Assembly: GCA_030264375.1 (NCBI GenBank)
Contig: JASCQW010000001.1
Location: forward strand, 125,393,038 to 125,457,037
DNA length: 64,000 nt
Reading direction: 5' to 3'
DNA from: Carcharhinus longimanus
Lineage: Eukaryota
The translations under genes and the position numbers were made by a program. Positions 48,888-61,974 of this stretch are shown piece by piece (within the stretch, counting starts at the first letter, position 1; the number at the start of each line of letters is the position of its first letter). The notes under the pieces are model-generated. The model worked only from the letters and a program-made list of their open reading frames with translations. It was not told the origin of the DNA and searched no databases.

Positions 48888-49033
48888 GTCCAAAGACATG
48901 CAGGTTAAATGAATTGGCCATGCTAAATTTTCCGTCCCGAACAGGTGCCGGAGTATGATGATTGGGGAATTTTTACAATAACTTCATTGCAGTGTGAATG
49001 TAAGCCTACCTGTGATTAATAAATAAACTTTAC
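48888..49033 (+). mobile_element. V-SINE family B, 3' part
   Basis: ccaaagacatgcaggtt...ggccatgctaaatt...aacttcattgcagtgtgaatgtaagcctacctgtgattaataaataaac. Confidence 0.8.
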
Positions 49034-52000
49034 TTGTCAACTAACAATTCAAAAATAACTTGAAAAATGATTCAATCGGAAGTCTAATAGATAAACACCG
49101 GTAGTTATTTGAATGATCTGCGGTCCATGAACTGAATGGAACTTGAACTGGCCATGTAAGAGAAGGTATGGTCCAGGGTGTAGGATTAAATAGCTTTCCT
49201 ATTGGTTTGTTTCCTTTGCTCTTCGTTAAGGGTGGTACGGGAGGGGGTTACTGCAAAACTTTGCATGATATTTCTTCAGGAAATATAATGGGTTTGATGA
49301 AGACTATGTGGACTATTGCACATACTCAGTAACAAGAAAGCAATGATGAACAATATGACCTCTTTGTTATGCTACAGCCTTGAACTATGAAGAAGTAATT
49401 CTTCAAGTTATCATACACAGATTGAATGCCCATGCTTTAGGATGTCAACAAATTTGTTTTTGTGTCAATTAGTAGCCAGTAGTAGAAACTATTTTATCAT
49501 ACCTGACAGATTTTCGACCAATCATTGTGTCATTATTATTGGTGTTTGAGATATTTGCAACACTGTAATTATATAACATAAATTAACGATAATGCAGCCA
49601 AAATTATTTTATGCACATACTGTAAAACATCAACTACGAAGCTGTGTTGCAAGTTACTGAATTCCTCACTCAAAATCCTATGCCTGTTTAATTAAAATAA
49701 AATTTGGAGAGGCTCTGATAAAGCTATTATCAACATTTCACATATAGTGTGTAAATGGGGTTTGTTTATTGACATTATAGGGAAATCAGACTGGCTAAAT
49801 TAACAAGAATTGATACCACTTTCATTATCAGATGTTAGTGTATAGGCATCTGTTTTGTATCCTAAGGGGTAGCAGTCAATTATGTGGATGATAATAGATT
49901 TCAATCCAAATTTCCTGCTGTTATTTATATTGGATTGCATAGATCCACTTGCAGATTTACTCACTAAAAATAATAGCGTATTATTATATAACCCATAATT
50001 TAAGCAGCAGTAGGGACTTGCATTTTAGTAGTTGTTTTGTACATTGTGCCAGAAATCAAAGAAGGCTTTGAGCTATAGCGATATAAAATAAGGATGCAAA
50101 ACTAGAGAAACCAAAAAAGTGATCAGGCAAAACACAGCAGTCTCTATAGCATAGTCTGGAGTAATTATGTCTAATGAGCCATCTAGTTTGATTGAAGTGA
50201 CACACCCGCAGGGGTGGGGGGTTACTGAACAGTGACTTGTTAAGCCGCTGAATCAGTTTGGATTTGTCTATCCAATCGTTATTGCACTTCTTTAATGGTA
50301 CATGTCTCCTCTCTCTAGTTTTGCATTTGATATTTTGTTGAAAATTGGAGAATGATTTATCTCTGGGGAAAAAGTGTGTCCAATTTCGGACTGTAATTCT
50401 GCTTGATCAATGTAGTTAAGGCAGTCCTCTGAAACATGTCTGTTAACCCACACAAATTCTGATCATGTTTATTGGACAATTGTAAAGAAATTCTGAATTA
50501 AGATATCTAGATATTTAATTGTATTTTAATAATGAAAACTGAACCTAAATTTTAATTTATTGTTCTGTAATTTCCCCTCACCTAATATTTTTGTGCCAAG
50601 AAAACTTTTTTTCTGATTTAAAATGCATTAAGGTTTTCTATAAGTTGAAATATTTATCACAATGGTGAATAACCATCACACAAAATTGCACAATAAAAAC
50701 AGAAGGAAGTTACCTCTTCCCTCCGCACCTAATGGAGTATTTAGGTGCTTTTGATCAGCAACCATATTTCCATCCTGTTGTAGCTATATAAATAAAAGGT
50801 TATGTCTATTGTTACGTCATAATTGAAATAATTCATTGGTCAAAGGGAGCCATATGACACTAACCATGCTCACAGGAGCAATTAGACACAAAAATGAGTA
50901 ATTGTTAATTTTCATGTTGTGCTGCATCTTGGTGTTCTGTCTGCTCTGCTCTCAGCTCTCACTTCCTGCTTCTTCCCATTCAACATGGATTTCCGGCTCA
51001 AGGCCTGCTATTTATACTTGGGTCTATCGCTCACTTCATGAACCTGGTAAAAAAAAAGTAAAGCAAGCATACACTTTTAAAGCTTAAAGAAGTGAAAAAG
51101 TAAATGAAAAGTGGTTAAAAAGCAAAATATAGTAAGTAAATCTGTAATTCTATTGGTGGAAATGTTCATTAGTGACATTTAAATAGTTTTTAAATGGCTT
51201 CAGCATCGGATCTTGTAATCTTCATATTTTTCCTTGAATATTGCCAAAATTTATGATTTTCTCATTTATAATGCTTTAAGTGTAACAGCAGCCTAGAATT
51301 TGCTGAAAAAAATTATGCACATAATTTTAATGTCCAAGTTAGTCAGAAACTTATGGCAAAGAGATACCCCATGATTTCCAAAGCATCACAAGATGATTTG
51401 TGGCATTCTGCGGTTAGCTCTGCATAAGTGGCATCTCACCCTTAACCTTCCTGTGATTTTCATGAATTTGCATTTTAATTGCCTATAAAGCTATTCACAA
51501 AGTTAAATAAAGTAATTAACCGTGTAGGCACCCTTTTAGTGTTGATTATTATTATTGACAGTCGATCAATATCCCTGGCGTAGATAGTGAACAATTATAA
51601 GTTTGGTGTCTCATTCCTTCAGGTTGTATATTATTGTTAGCAATTTTAAACATGTCAATTTTGTTTCAAATTTGCTGTCATTTCCTTTTTGTCTCTTTTG
51701 TCTCTTTCAATCCAAAACGTATTTCCTTCTCTTCATTTCTCTTCCTGTGCCTAGCTTGATATTGAATTCACCCAAGCTTGTATCTCTTTCCTTCGCGGTC
51801 CTTTCTCCATTTGTTTCTCACTCCTTAATGTCATTAGTTATGGAAAAGTGTCCCATTGTTTATGAAGATCCCAGATACCCTGTTTCCCTTGCGGAGCCAT
51901 TATCTGCTTACATTTCCAGTCCCCTAGTGGCAAAAATATTTTGAGCTCAAGGATGCAAGAACAAACCTAACTAACAGGGTATACTGTAAGATGCCGCATT

Positions 52001-52262
52001 CAGCCATATTTTAGGTAAATGTGTTTTTACAGGGGTATTTATAGCATACTCTCACAATATATATATATTTTTTAAATTGGCCAAAGCACTGCAGATAAAG
52101 ATTCTTCACAAGAAATAGGGCATATTTTTGGTAATTCCATGAAGAAGTGGTGATTAACGTTAAAGAGGCAGATTGGACAGTATAATTTCTCTTTCAAGAA
52201 GATCCATAGTGTTTAGTGGGGAACTTCAGGTCAACATGGAGTGAAGGTGCTGTTGTTTGATT

Positions 52263-52568
52263 GGACAAGGGTGGTACTGCTGCCTCTCAGCTCCAGGGTC
52301 CTGGGTTCGATTTCTGGTTTGGGTCGCTGTCTGTTTGGAGCTTGCATGTTCTTCCCGTGTCTGTGTGGGTTTCCTCCCACAGTCCAAAGATGTGTGGGTT
52401 AGGTGCATTGGCCATGCTAAATTGCCCCTTAGTGTCCCAGGATGCATAGGTTAGAAAATTAGGGTAAATATATGGGGTAAGGGGACAGGGATTAGGTAGG
52501 ATTGTTGTTGGTGAGACTTGATAGGCCAAATGGCCTCCTTCTGCACTGTAGGGTTTCTATGAATTTCT
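52263..52568 (+). mobile_element. HE1-type V-SINE
   Basis: B box gggttcgatttc, V core, tail ggcctccttctgcactgtagggtttctatga. Confidence 0.88.
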
Positions 52569-53164
52569 GACCTTTTTGTTGCTGCAGTGTTGCTTAAGAA
52601 GGGATAACTCCTGAAAAGCTAGCTGACTTTAAATGTCCTTGGTAGAGAAGCAATTCAGAAACACATACAGCAATACCTAGTGTTTTTGGACTTTATTCCA
52701 GATTTCTTGGATGCACATCTCAGACCACTCCCACTGTTGAGCCTTTACTTTCTACAATTTAGAGTATCTGGGTAAATAGAAAACCCTTGATACTGCATTT
52801 TGACTCAGTGATTATATATATATTGCCCTTCCTTGACATTGATAGCAACAGATTAATCACTCCACTTGATTGTGGTTTAAATTTAAAACTGCTTAATAAT
52901 TATGTAAATTAACATTAACATTGAAAAAGTATAGATTAACAATATTTACAATCTTAAAGAACTCTTCAACAGAAAATAACAATTATTTCTGGTGGTTTAC
53001 TGTTCATCTTCCAGGAGTCCATCAAACTGTGATTATTTTTCAGACTACTGAATTGGAACTAGTTGACATCCACTTTCAAAGTTTGACCTAGACAAAAAGT
53101 TTTTAAGATTTGTTAATGTCCCTTGAGTTCAAATGATGTTTTCCATTAAATGTATATTCATATC

Positions 53165-53428
53165 CTCTCTGGTCAATGTAAAAGATCTCTTGACGATGTT
53201 TGAAGAAAAACAGGGAAGATCTCCAGGATCCTGGGAAATACTATTACCTCAACAAATATTTCTGAAAAACAGATTACCTGATAACTTCAGCTTGTGGAAC
53301 CTTGTGTATAAGTTGGCTGTTGTATTTTCCTATTTTGCAACAATGATTACACCACCAAAGTATTGCATGGCTTTGGGATATTCCGTGATCATGAAGATCA
53401 CTCTGTAATTATAAGTCCATTCCTTTCT
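53165..53428 (+). mobile_element. DeuSINE (SacSINE1-like) 3' part
   Basis: atgtaaaagatctc...tttgaagaaaaacaggg...cctcaacaaatat...acagattacctg...agttggctg...gctttgggatatt; homologous to 13440-13847. Confidence 0.65.
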
Positions 53429-53442
53429 CTATTCTGTCACAT

Positions 53443-54150
53443 AAGCAAAATACCTCAGTTGTTGGATATCTGCAACAGATATAGAACATACTGGAAATAC
53501 TCAGCAAGTTAGGCAGTGTATGTAGACCAAGAAGTAGAATTTAATGTTTGAAATTAACCTTTTATCTTAATTGTAAAACGTTAATGAACAACAGTTTTTT
53601 TTAAGCAAGCTCAGAGGATCTGAGAGAGAAAAACAAAATCTAAGGGAAAGTAAATCTATGATAGGGTGGAATGTAGAGTTGATGAAGGATGATTGTTCAA
53701 GGCAAAATGGAATGATATTGGGACAAATAAAGAAACAAAAGATGGGTTTTTTTTCAGACAGCAGATGCTGGAATGGTTCTCCTTTTATGATCTGAAATTA
53801 TTGAATGCAATGTTGAGTTAGGAAGACATAAAGTACCTAATCAAAAAGTGAGGTGCTTTCTCCTAAGCTTTTAAATAGTGTAAGAGACTGAGGACAAAAG
53901 TGGGAATGAGATGGGGAATTAAAGTCAACTGAAAGGAAATGTTGTAAAGCAAACACCAAAGACACCAAACATTCTGTATGGTCTTCCCAGTGTACAAGAG
54001 ACCACATTGTAAATAGTGAATAGTGTAGTGAATTGAAAAAAAAACTGATTTGCTGTTTCACCTGGATCCATGGATTTTGGGAAGGGAGGAGATAAAAGGG
54101 CAGGTATTACATTACTAATGCTTGCATGGGAAAGGTTGGATGTGGGTGGA
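53443..54150 (-). mobile_element. Penelope-like element 3' region (GIY-YIG remnant plus terminal repeat), decayed
   Basis: aagcaaaatac...ctggaaatactcagcaagttaggcag terminal motif; the body ctgaaattattgaatgcaatgttgag...gaggtgctt...ccacattgt is colinear with 54833-55390. Family call from recall. Confidence 0.55.
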
Positions 54151-54478
54151 CATTGTTTTGACATCACCAGAGGCTACCTTTAAAGTGGCTAATTGGTAGA
54201 GCTTCCACGTCTTAAAAGCATGATTTCCCTGGGCTTTCCAGAGGATAAGTAATTCAGCAGCAGTATGCTTTACAGCAAGTATGAGGGTATAGATTATTAG
54301 ATAACGTTTTTGTCTTTTTATTCCGCAGGTGGAGGTCCACCTCGTGTCAAACGAGGGGCATGCACACGGTGGGTCGTGNNNNNNNNNNNNNNNNNNNNNN
54401 NNNNNNNNNNNNNNNNNNNNNNNNNNNNNNNNNNNNNNNNNNNNNNNNNNNNNNNNNNNNNNNNNNNNNNNNNNNNNN

Positions 54479-54555
54479 TGTAGGGTGATGCGGCGGCGCG
54501 GGCTCGTTGGGCCGAAGGGCCTGTTTCCCGTGCTGGGTTGTTCTTTGTTCTTTTT
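54479..54555 (+). mobile_element. CR1-type 3' tail, CpG-intact (young)
   Basis: gcggcggcgcgggctcgttgggccgaagggcctgtttcccgtgctgggttgttctttgttcttt. Confidence 0.8.
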
Positions 54556-54832
54556 TGTTATAACTTCACTATTTTGCATATTTACGAATCATATGTCAAG
54601 ATTAAATAGCTAAGCAAGAGCCATAGATTACCTTCTTTTCACCTTTGGTAAGGTTTTCCTTAATCTTTGAATAGCATTCAGTTTTCAGCCTGTGACTGAA
54701 TAGTACTCCTATACCTCTGATTTGGAGTTGTGACTTAGTTACTGCGCTTCCATTTTTTAAACAAATTTTATGATTATCCATTCTTGTGATTAGTTTTAAT
54801 TATTTTAAATCTTGTTACACATTATGTGTAGA

Positions 54833-55390
54833 TAAAGAAAATGTTAGAAATATTAGCAGGTCAGGCTGCATCTGTGGTGAGAGAAACAGAGTTAGGTTTT
54901 TGATGCCATGCCCAAATACACTCATCTCTCCCATACATATGCCCACAGGCACACGCTCGCCTCGCGCACGTGCGCGCGCACTCATCTCTCTTGCACATAC
55001 ACAGCCTTTGTGATCTGAAGTATTGAACTCAATATTGAGTTTTGAAGGCTGTAAAGTGCCTCTTCAGAAATTGAAGTGCTCTTCCTTGAGTTTGCATTGA
55101 GCTTCACTGGAACGGTTTAGGAAATCAAGGTTGGAGAGTGATTCAGAATCAAGTGGAAAGCGATCAGAAGCTCAGAGTCAAACTTAAAAACCGTGTTTAG
55201 CAAAAATATCATAGAATCTGCATTTGGCCTTTCCAGTATAGAGAAAGGTGAAACCACATCATGAACAGCAAATACAGGGTAATAAATTGGAAGAAATTGA
55301 AGTAAATCACTCTTTCACCGGGAGGAGGTGAAATGGGTGGGTGGTGCTGTAATGGAAGTTGCTAAGAAAGGGGTTGGATTTCGGGGATAA
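54833..55390 (-). mobile_element. Penelope-like element 3' region, second copy
   Basis: agcaggtcaggctgcatctgtggtgagagaaacagagtta terminal motif; ctgaagtattgaactcaatattgagttttgaaggctgtaaagtgcct is colinear with 53790-53870. Confidence 0.55.
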
Positions 55391-56834
55391 GGGAGTCCCT
55401 ATCAACTTCAATGAGCAACAAATTGAAAATTGTATAATATAGGAGGAAAGATTATCTGACTATGTATGAAAATGTAAAAGGGATTTAGGCTGCTTACAGC
55501 TCTTTATAGATTTTGTTCCCGTCAAATGACCTGCCCTGGTCCTTCTCCTTTCACCCAGCCCATCGTGTTCACAAACAACCATTATTTCATTGAAGTACTT
55601 GAACTGTGAAAATGCTTAAAATGAACGACACAAATCTTGTAACCAGCAAACAGAGGTCAGCATTGTAATGTTTGAAAACTCAATCTGGCTGTTGTTAACC
55701 TTACGATGGATGCATTATTACATAACAAGATTTCTCATTCAGTTATAATTGTCATCGCGTAGAATTCACAACCTGAAAAGAAAATAAGAGACAAGAGACA
55801 AATTACTCTGTAATGGATGGATCACTCCCAACAATGTTGAACAGGCATTTGACTTTATCTTAAAGTCTCTGCATTGCATGATTTTTCTTATCACAAAGAA
55901 ATAATTCACAAGTAGATTGCATAGTCTTGCGGAAATCCAATCAAATACATGTCGCATTCATTTTACACACTATAATCAGTCAACAAAATTCATTGACATT
56001 TGTCATCTTACTATGAGAGTGGTATGATCACTCATATTTTTGTTCTTCACTTTAATAATTCCAGAACAATGCAGTATTACCTTGTATAGAAACTAAAAGC
56101 ATTTAGCAAAGCACAATTTTGTTGAGTTTTAATGTNNNNNNNNNNNNNNNNNNNNNNNNNNNNNNNNNNNNNNNNNNNNNNNNNNNNNNNNNNNNNNNNN
56201 NNNNNNNNNNNNNNNNNNNNNNNNNNNNNNNNNNNNNNNNNNNNNNNNNNNNNNNNNNNNNNNNNNNNNNNNNNNNNNNNNNNNNNNNNNNNNNNNNNNN
56301 NNNNNNNNNNNNNNNNNNNNNNNNNNNNNNNNNNNNNNNNNNNNNNNNNNNNNNNNNNNNNNNNNNNNNNNNNNNNNNNNNNNNNNNNNNNNNNNNNNNN
56401 NNNNNNNNNNNNNNNNNNNNNNNNNNNNNNNNNNNNNNNNNNNNNNNNNNNNNNNNNNNNNNNNNNNNNNNNNNNNNNNNNNNNNNNNNNNNNNNNNNNN
56501 NNNNNNNNNNNNNNNNNNNNNNNNNNNNNNNNNNNNNNNNNNNNNNNNNNNNNNNNNNNNNNNNNNNNNNNNNNNNNNNNNNNNNNNNNNNNNNNNNNNN
56601 NNNNNNNNNNNNNNNNNNNNNNNNNNNNNNNNNNNNNNNNNNNNNNNNNNNNNNNNNNNNNNNNNNNNNNNNNNNNNNNNNNNNNNNNNNNNNNNNNNNN
56701 NNNNNNNNNNNNNNNNNNNNNNNNNNNNNNNNNNNNNNNNNNNNNNNNNNNNNNNNNNNNNNNNNNNNNNNNNNNNNNNNNNNNNNNNNNNNNNNNNTTT
56801 TGAATGGACTTACCTCTCAATTTTTCTTTACACC

Positions 56835-56963
56835 CTAGCTATAACTAATTCTGCACTCTATCCTTTCCTTCCCTGTGTATGGTATGCTTTGTCTGTATAG
56901 TGCGCAAGAAACTATACTTTTCACTGTATGCCAATACATGTGACAATAATAAATCAAATCAAA
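56835..56963 (+). mobile_element. Rex1/Babar-like LINE 3' UTR with (ATCAA)n tail
   Basis: tacttttcactgtatgccaatacatgtgacaataataaatcaaatcaaa just after a gap; family assignment from recall only. Confidence 0.5.
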
Positions 56964-58024
56964 GTTACATAGGAATACAGTATAGATACATCTTATATTT
57001 TTGAAGGTATTTTTCATCTTTCCTGGCGTTAAGGCCTTTGTCTAATGTAACATATTAGATGGACAGAGCACCTATTGTTGAGCCTTTGTTGTGTGTAACT
57101 GGCCTCTAAGAGTAAGAGTGGCTGAAGATCTCCTAAAGGACAGCAGCATGACTAACTTGGACCTGAGAATTTAATGATATAATAGAATCAAGTTCCAACA
57201 TGCCCTTCTGCTTCACTATAGATATCAAGTTAGTGATTTTCCTCCTTAGTGAAATCAAATCAAAATCTCTTGTGTTTTATAGCTGTTAATTTTATCCATT
57301 GTATACAGAGAAAGGCAAATGTTAGAAGTAACTTTTGCCTACTTAAAATTACCAGTTGTCAAGGATTAATACTTCAATGAAATTTACAGAATAAATTGAA
57401 CCAAGGCTTTAGTGTACAACGCAAAGTGAAAGAATTACTGACCGCCTGAGTAAATTATTTATTATGTGCAAGTTTACTTTACTTAAATAAAAGATTTTAG
57501 ATCACTTCAGCATAAGGACGAAAGATCAAAGCCAGATTTTCAGTAAAAAGCACCCAAACGAAGCATTTTCATAATCCGCATTTAGCAGCCATCATTATCT
57601 GAATTAGCTTTGCCACCTCATTTACAGCATAAAGTTCCTTTTGAAATTGATTTAATGTGGATTTTGCTGCAAACAGGCTTGTTGCCTAAGCCTGCGAAAG
57701 CAGTTACATCCCAGTTCAACCTGGCCCTCTTTTGATTGCATCATGGCATGTTTCTGTTACATTATATAAGATTTGACTATAGTTTTGAGACTGGAGGTTT
57801 TTCTTTGAGCTTCATAGTTAACTCCAAATAATATAAAATAGAAAATTGAGCTTGAATTAACAGAGTTGGTGGGGGTAGGGGGGGGGGGAGGGAGAAACAA
57901 CTGCATGTTAATGTGATAGTATTTGCATTGTTCGTCATGCCTTTTGATTGGGTCTTAAACTGATAAAAATACATATGCTGCAAGCTTCCAGCCATTATCT
58001 GTAGAGACCAGTACGAGAGTTGGT

Positions 58025-58292
58025 CATAGATCATAGAACCCCACAGTGCAGAAAGAGGCCTTTTGGCCCTTCGAATCTGCACCGACCACAATCCCACCCA
58101 GGTTCTACCCCCATATCCCTACACATTTACCTGCTAATCCCTCTAGCCTATGCACCCCAGGACACTAAGGGGCAATTTTAGCATGGCCATTCAACCTAAC
58201 CTGCACATCTTTGGATGTGGGAGGAAACTGGAGCACCCAGAGGAAACCCACACAGACACGAGGAGAATGTGCAAACTCCACACAGACAGTGA
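58025..58292 (-). mobile_element. HE1-type V-SINE (head lost in gap)
   Basis: catagatcatagaaccccacagtgcag tail; V core gaggaaactggagcacccagaggaaacccacacagacacg. Confidence 0.9.
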
Positions 58293-60212
58293 NNNNNNNN
58301 NNNNNNNNNNNNNNNNNNNNNNNNNNNNNNNNNNNNNNNNNNNNNNNNNNNNNNNNNNNNNNNNNNNNNNNNNNNNNNNNNNNNNNNNNNNNNNNNNNNN
58401 NNNNNNNNNNNNNNNNNNNNNNNNNNNNNNNNNNNNNNNNNNNNNNNNNNNNNNNNNNNNNNNNNNNNNNNNNNNNNNNNNNNNNNNNNNNNNNNNNNNN
58501 NNNNNNNNNNNNNNNNNNNNNNNNNNNNNNNNNNNNNNNNNNNNNNNNNNNNNNNNNNNNNNNNNNNNNNNNNNNNNNNNNNNNNNNNNNNNNNNNNNNN
58601 NNNNNNNNNNNNNNNNNNNNNNNNNNNNNNNNNNNNNNNNNNNNNNNNNNNNNNNNNNNNNNNNNNNNNNNNNNNNNNNNNNNNNNNNNNNNNNNNNNNN
58701 NNNNNNNNNNNNNNNNNNNNNNNNNNNNNNNNNNNNNNNNNNNNNNNNNNNNNNNNNNNNNNNNNNNNNNNNNNNNNNNNNNNNNNNNNNNNNNNNNNNN
58801 NNNNNNNNNNNNNNNNNNNNNNNNNNNNNNNNNNNNNNTCTGTGTCTTTTAATCGTTGAATCCCTGTGGATTTTCTTTTAAGAATACTTTTCTTATATTT
58901 GTCTCTAAGGCTACACTCCTATTGACTGAATAGAGTCTATTTTATACCCCACCCCGACTCCAATCCAATTAAAGCCTCAATAATACAAGGATTAGAACAC
59001 GTTTACTTATTAGCAATTGTGGAGCTCCAGGGGAATGCAATTCTCGAACCAGAGTGAATGTGAACAAAGGCAGAAAAAAGTAAGATAATGATTGATAATG
59101 GGACAATTTATAAATTAATTTCTACAGCAAGTACTTAAGAAGTAGGAGTGCTTAGTATGAGTAAAATTTCATCGCCCTACAAAGTAGCGATTATGCATAG
59201 ATCAAAGGTTAAGGCTAGGAAAGATAACCCAATTTGCGTATGTCTTTGAAATTTCATGGTCATCATCTCTTCATTTATGTTATCTTTATCCCTCTTTTAT
59301 TCTGATTTATCCGTAATTGACCAATGTTGCCCACAGCTCAGAAGGTTAAAACTGTTTGAATGTAAAGCTAAAATTGCATACACTGATCTGTGGGAAAATC
59401 CTCCCATTAAACATGATCATTGTATGTGGGAAATGTTTTTTTTAATCAACCTTTGTCCAATTTAAAAAGGTTTGCTTAGTTGAGGTAACCTAACAGTTTT
59501 GATTACTTTGTAGTCCCCTACGAAGATTTTAATCAAACATAGAAATGAAGATCTATCTAGTTTGTAAGCCTATTCTTAGTTATTGCTTGAAGCAAGTTGT
59601 TGCTATGTTGTTGCTTTGAGGTCTCACAAACGATTTGTCTTTTTATAAAAATATAGTGTACTGGCTTAATTTTGATGATTCAGTGCATGAAAGGCTTAGT
59701 TTCTGTTCCAATTAACTCCAAACTCACTGAGGCATTAAAAAAAATCAGAAATATTTTATGAAACCTTCAGACCCCACTACATATAGACACTGCAAGATGT
59801 CAAAGTGACTAATATCCTGGAACAAAATGGGAGACAGGGTTTATCTTTCAAATGTACATATTTGAGATGATCTGTCTATGTGCACTGCATTTATTTATCA
59901 TAAAATTTCTTCAATCGCTCCTGATTGTCAAAGCTAATAATTTTGTTTTCCATTAAATGTTTCTTTTTGTGTTATTGGTTATTTTGGTTAGTTTTTACTT
60001 TTTTAATTATTTTATAAACTTTATTCTCGCATTTCAAATTTTCACCCTAATCACATTATACCAAGAAATAAATGACATCAGTTACATTCTGAAAAATAGC
60101 CGTTGTGACAGTCTATCTTACATCTGTCATCCTCAAAAGAATGTTTTTTTTTTTAATTATAGGTAATTTGCAAACTTGCCATCATCTTGACTTCTCCTTT
60201 TTCCTCTTTGTT

Positions 60213-61890
60213 TTCTGTCTTCGCTTGGGAGAGGAGGATGTAGAATTCAGGAAGAGGGACTGTGAGATTCTTGAACAGTTTGACATAGGGAGTGAGGAAG
60301 ATTTGGCAGGCTTAAAAATGAACAAATCCCCAGGCCCAGGCTGCTGTGAGAGGCAAGGGAGGACCCAAATTTTTAATTCCTCTTTGTTCAGGAAGGTGCC
60401 AGAGGATTGAAGGATTACTAATGTGGTTCCACTTTTCAAGAAGGGTGGTAGAGGTAAGCCAGAGAATTACAGAACAGTGATTCTCAAACCAGTGGTAGCG
60501 AAACTATTGGAAAAAATTCTGAAGGAGAAAATTGATTTCTATTTGGAGAGGCTAGGTTTGATTGGGAATAGTCAGTATGGCTTTGTTAGAGGGAGGTCAT
60601 GCCCAATGAATTTGATTGAATTTTTCGAGGAGGTGACTGGGTGTGTAGATGAGGATAGTGCAGTTGGTATAGTCTATATGGAATCTAGCCAAACCTTTGA
60701 CAAGATCCTACATGGGGACAAAGAAGGTAAAAGCACATGGGATCCAAGGTAACCTGGCAAGATGGATCCAAAACTGGCTTAGTGGTAGGAGACAGAGTGT
60801 GGTGGTAGAAGACTGTTTGTGTCACTGGAGGTCAGTGTCCAATGGCATACCACAGGGATCAGTGAAAGATCCCTTATTTTTCATGGTATATATACCATAA
60901 ACTTACATATCATTCCATCCCCCCTCCCCCCGCAAACATTCTCCTCTATAGAGGAGAATGTGGGTGGGGGGGTGGGGATGCTATGTAAGTTTATGGATGA
61001 AATGGATTTTACCAGGGTCGTTAATAGTGAGGAAGAAGGTCTTGGGTTGCATGAAGATATAAATGGGTTGATGAGATGGGCAGCTCAGTGGCAGATGGAA
61101 TTTAATCCTGATAAGTGATGCACTTTGAAAAGGGTAACATGATAAGGGAATATTGATGAATGGCTGGATAATGGGAACTCAGAGGAACAGAGAGATCTGA
61201 GGGTGCTTGTCCACAGATGTGTGAAGGCAGCAGGACAGGTTAATAGGGTAGTTAAGAAAGTATATGAAATACTTTATCAGCCATGGGCATAGGTGATGAG
61301 AGCAGTGAGGTCATGTTAAAGTTGAACAAATTTTTGGTTAGGTCACAACTGGAGTACCGTGCGCAGTTGTGGTGGTCTCATGATAGGAAGAAGGTAATTG
61401 CATCGGAGGGGGTGCAGAGGAGAATTACCAGGATGTTTCCTGGGATGAAGTATTTGAACCATGAAGAGAGCTGGATAGGCTCAGGTTGTTTTTAGAGCAG
61501 AGAAGGTTGAGGAGGGATCTGATTGAGGTATATAACATTGAGAGGTATATGGACGCAGTGGATAGGAAGCCACTGTTGCCTTAGTTGAAGAATCAATAAT
61601 GAGGGGACATAATTTTTAAGATGAGGGGCAGGGCATTTAAAGGGGATTTGAGGAAAAATATGTTTACCCAGGGGATGATGGAAGCCTGAAATGCACTGCT
61701 TGGGGAGGGTAGTAGAGATGGGAAACCTCACAATCTTTAAAAACTACTTTGATGAGCATTTGAAATGTTATAACATTCAAGGCTATCGGCCAAATGCTGG
61801 AAAGCGGGATTAATGTAGATTAGCGTAGTTTTGTCAGTGCAGACTCCATGGGCTGAAGGCCCCCTTCCTGTACTGTATGATTCTAACTCT
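60213..61890 (+). mobile_element. CR1 LINE, 5'-truncated, frameshifted
   Basis: NKSPGP; VPLFKKGGRGKPENYR; QYGFVRGRSC; NGIPQGSV; WQMEFNPDK; VRSQLEYRAQLW; tail gtactgtatgattct. Confidence 0.92.
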
Positions 61891-61974
61891 TTTACAAGTA
61901 GCACAACATACTCTATCAAGTCTCTGAACGTCCTGAACTCTAAGTGCACTGTTTCGTCTCTTCAATTGTCTTTA

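Noticed and set aside
52594-52624. Possible second hammerhead (cttaagaagggataactcctgaaaagctagc)
   Set aside because: The CUGANGA core is mutated and stem I is not evident.
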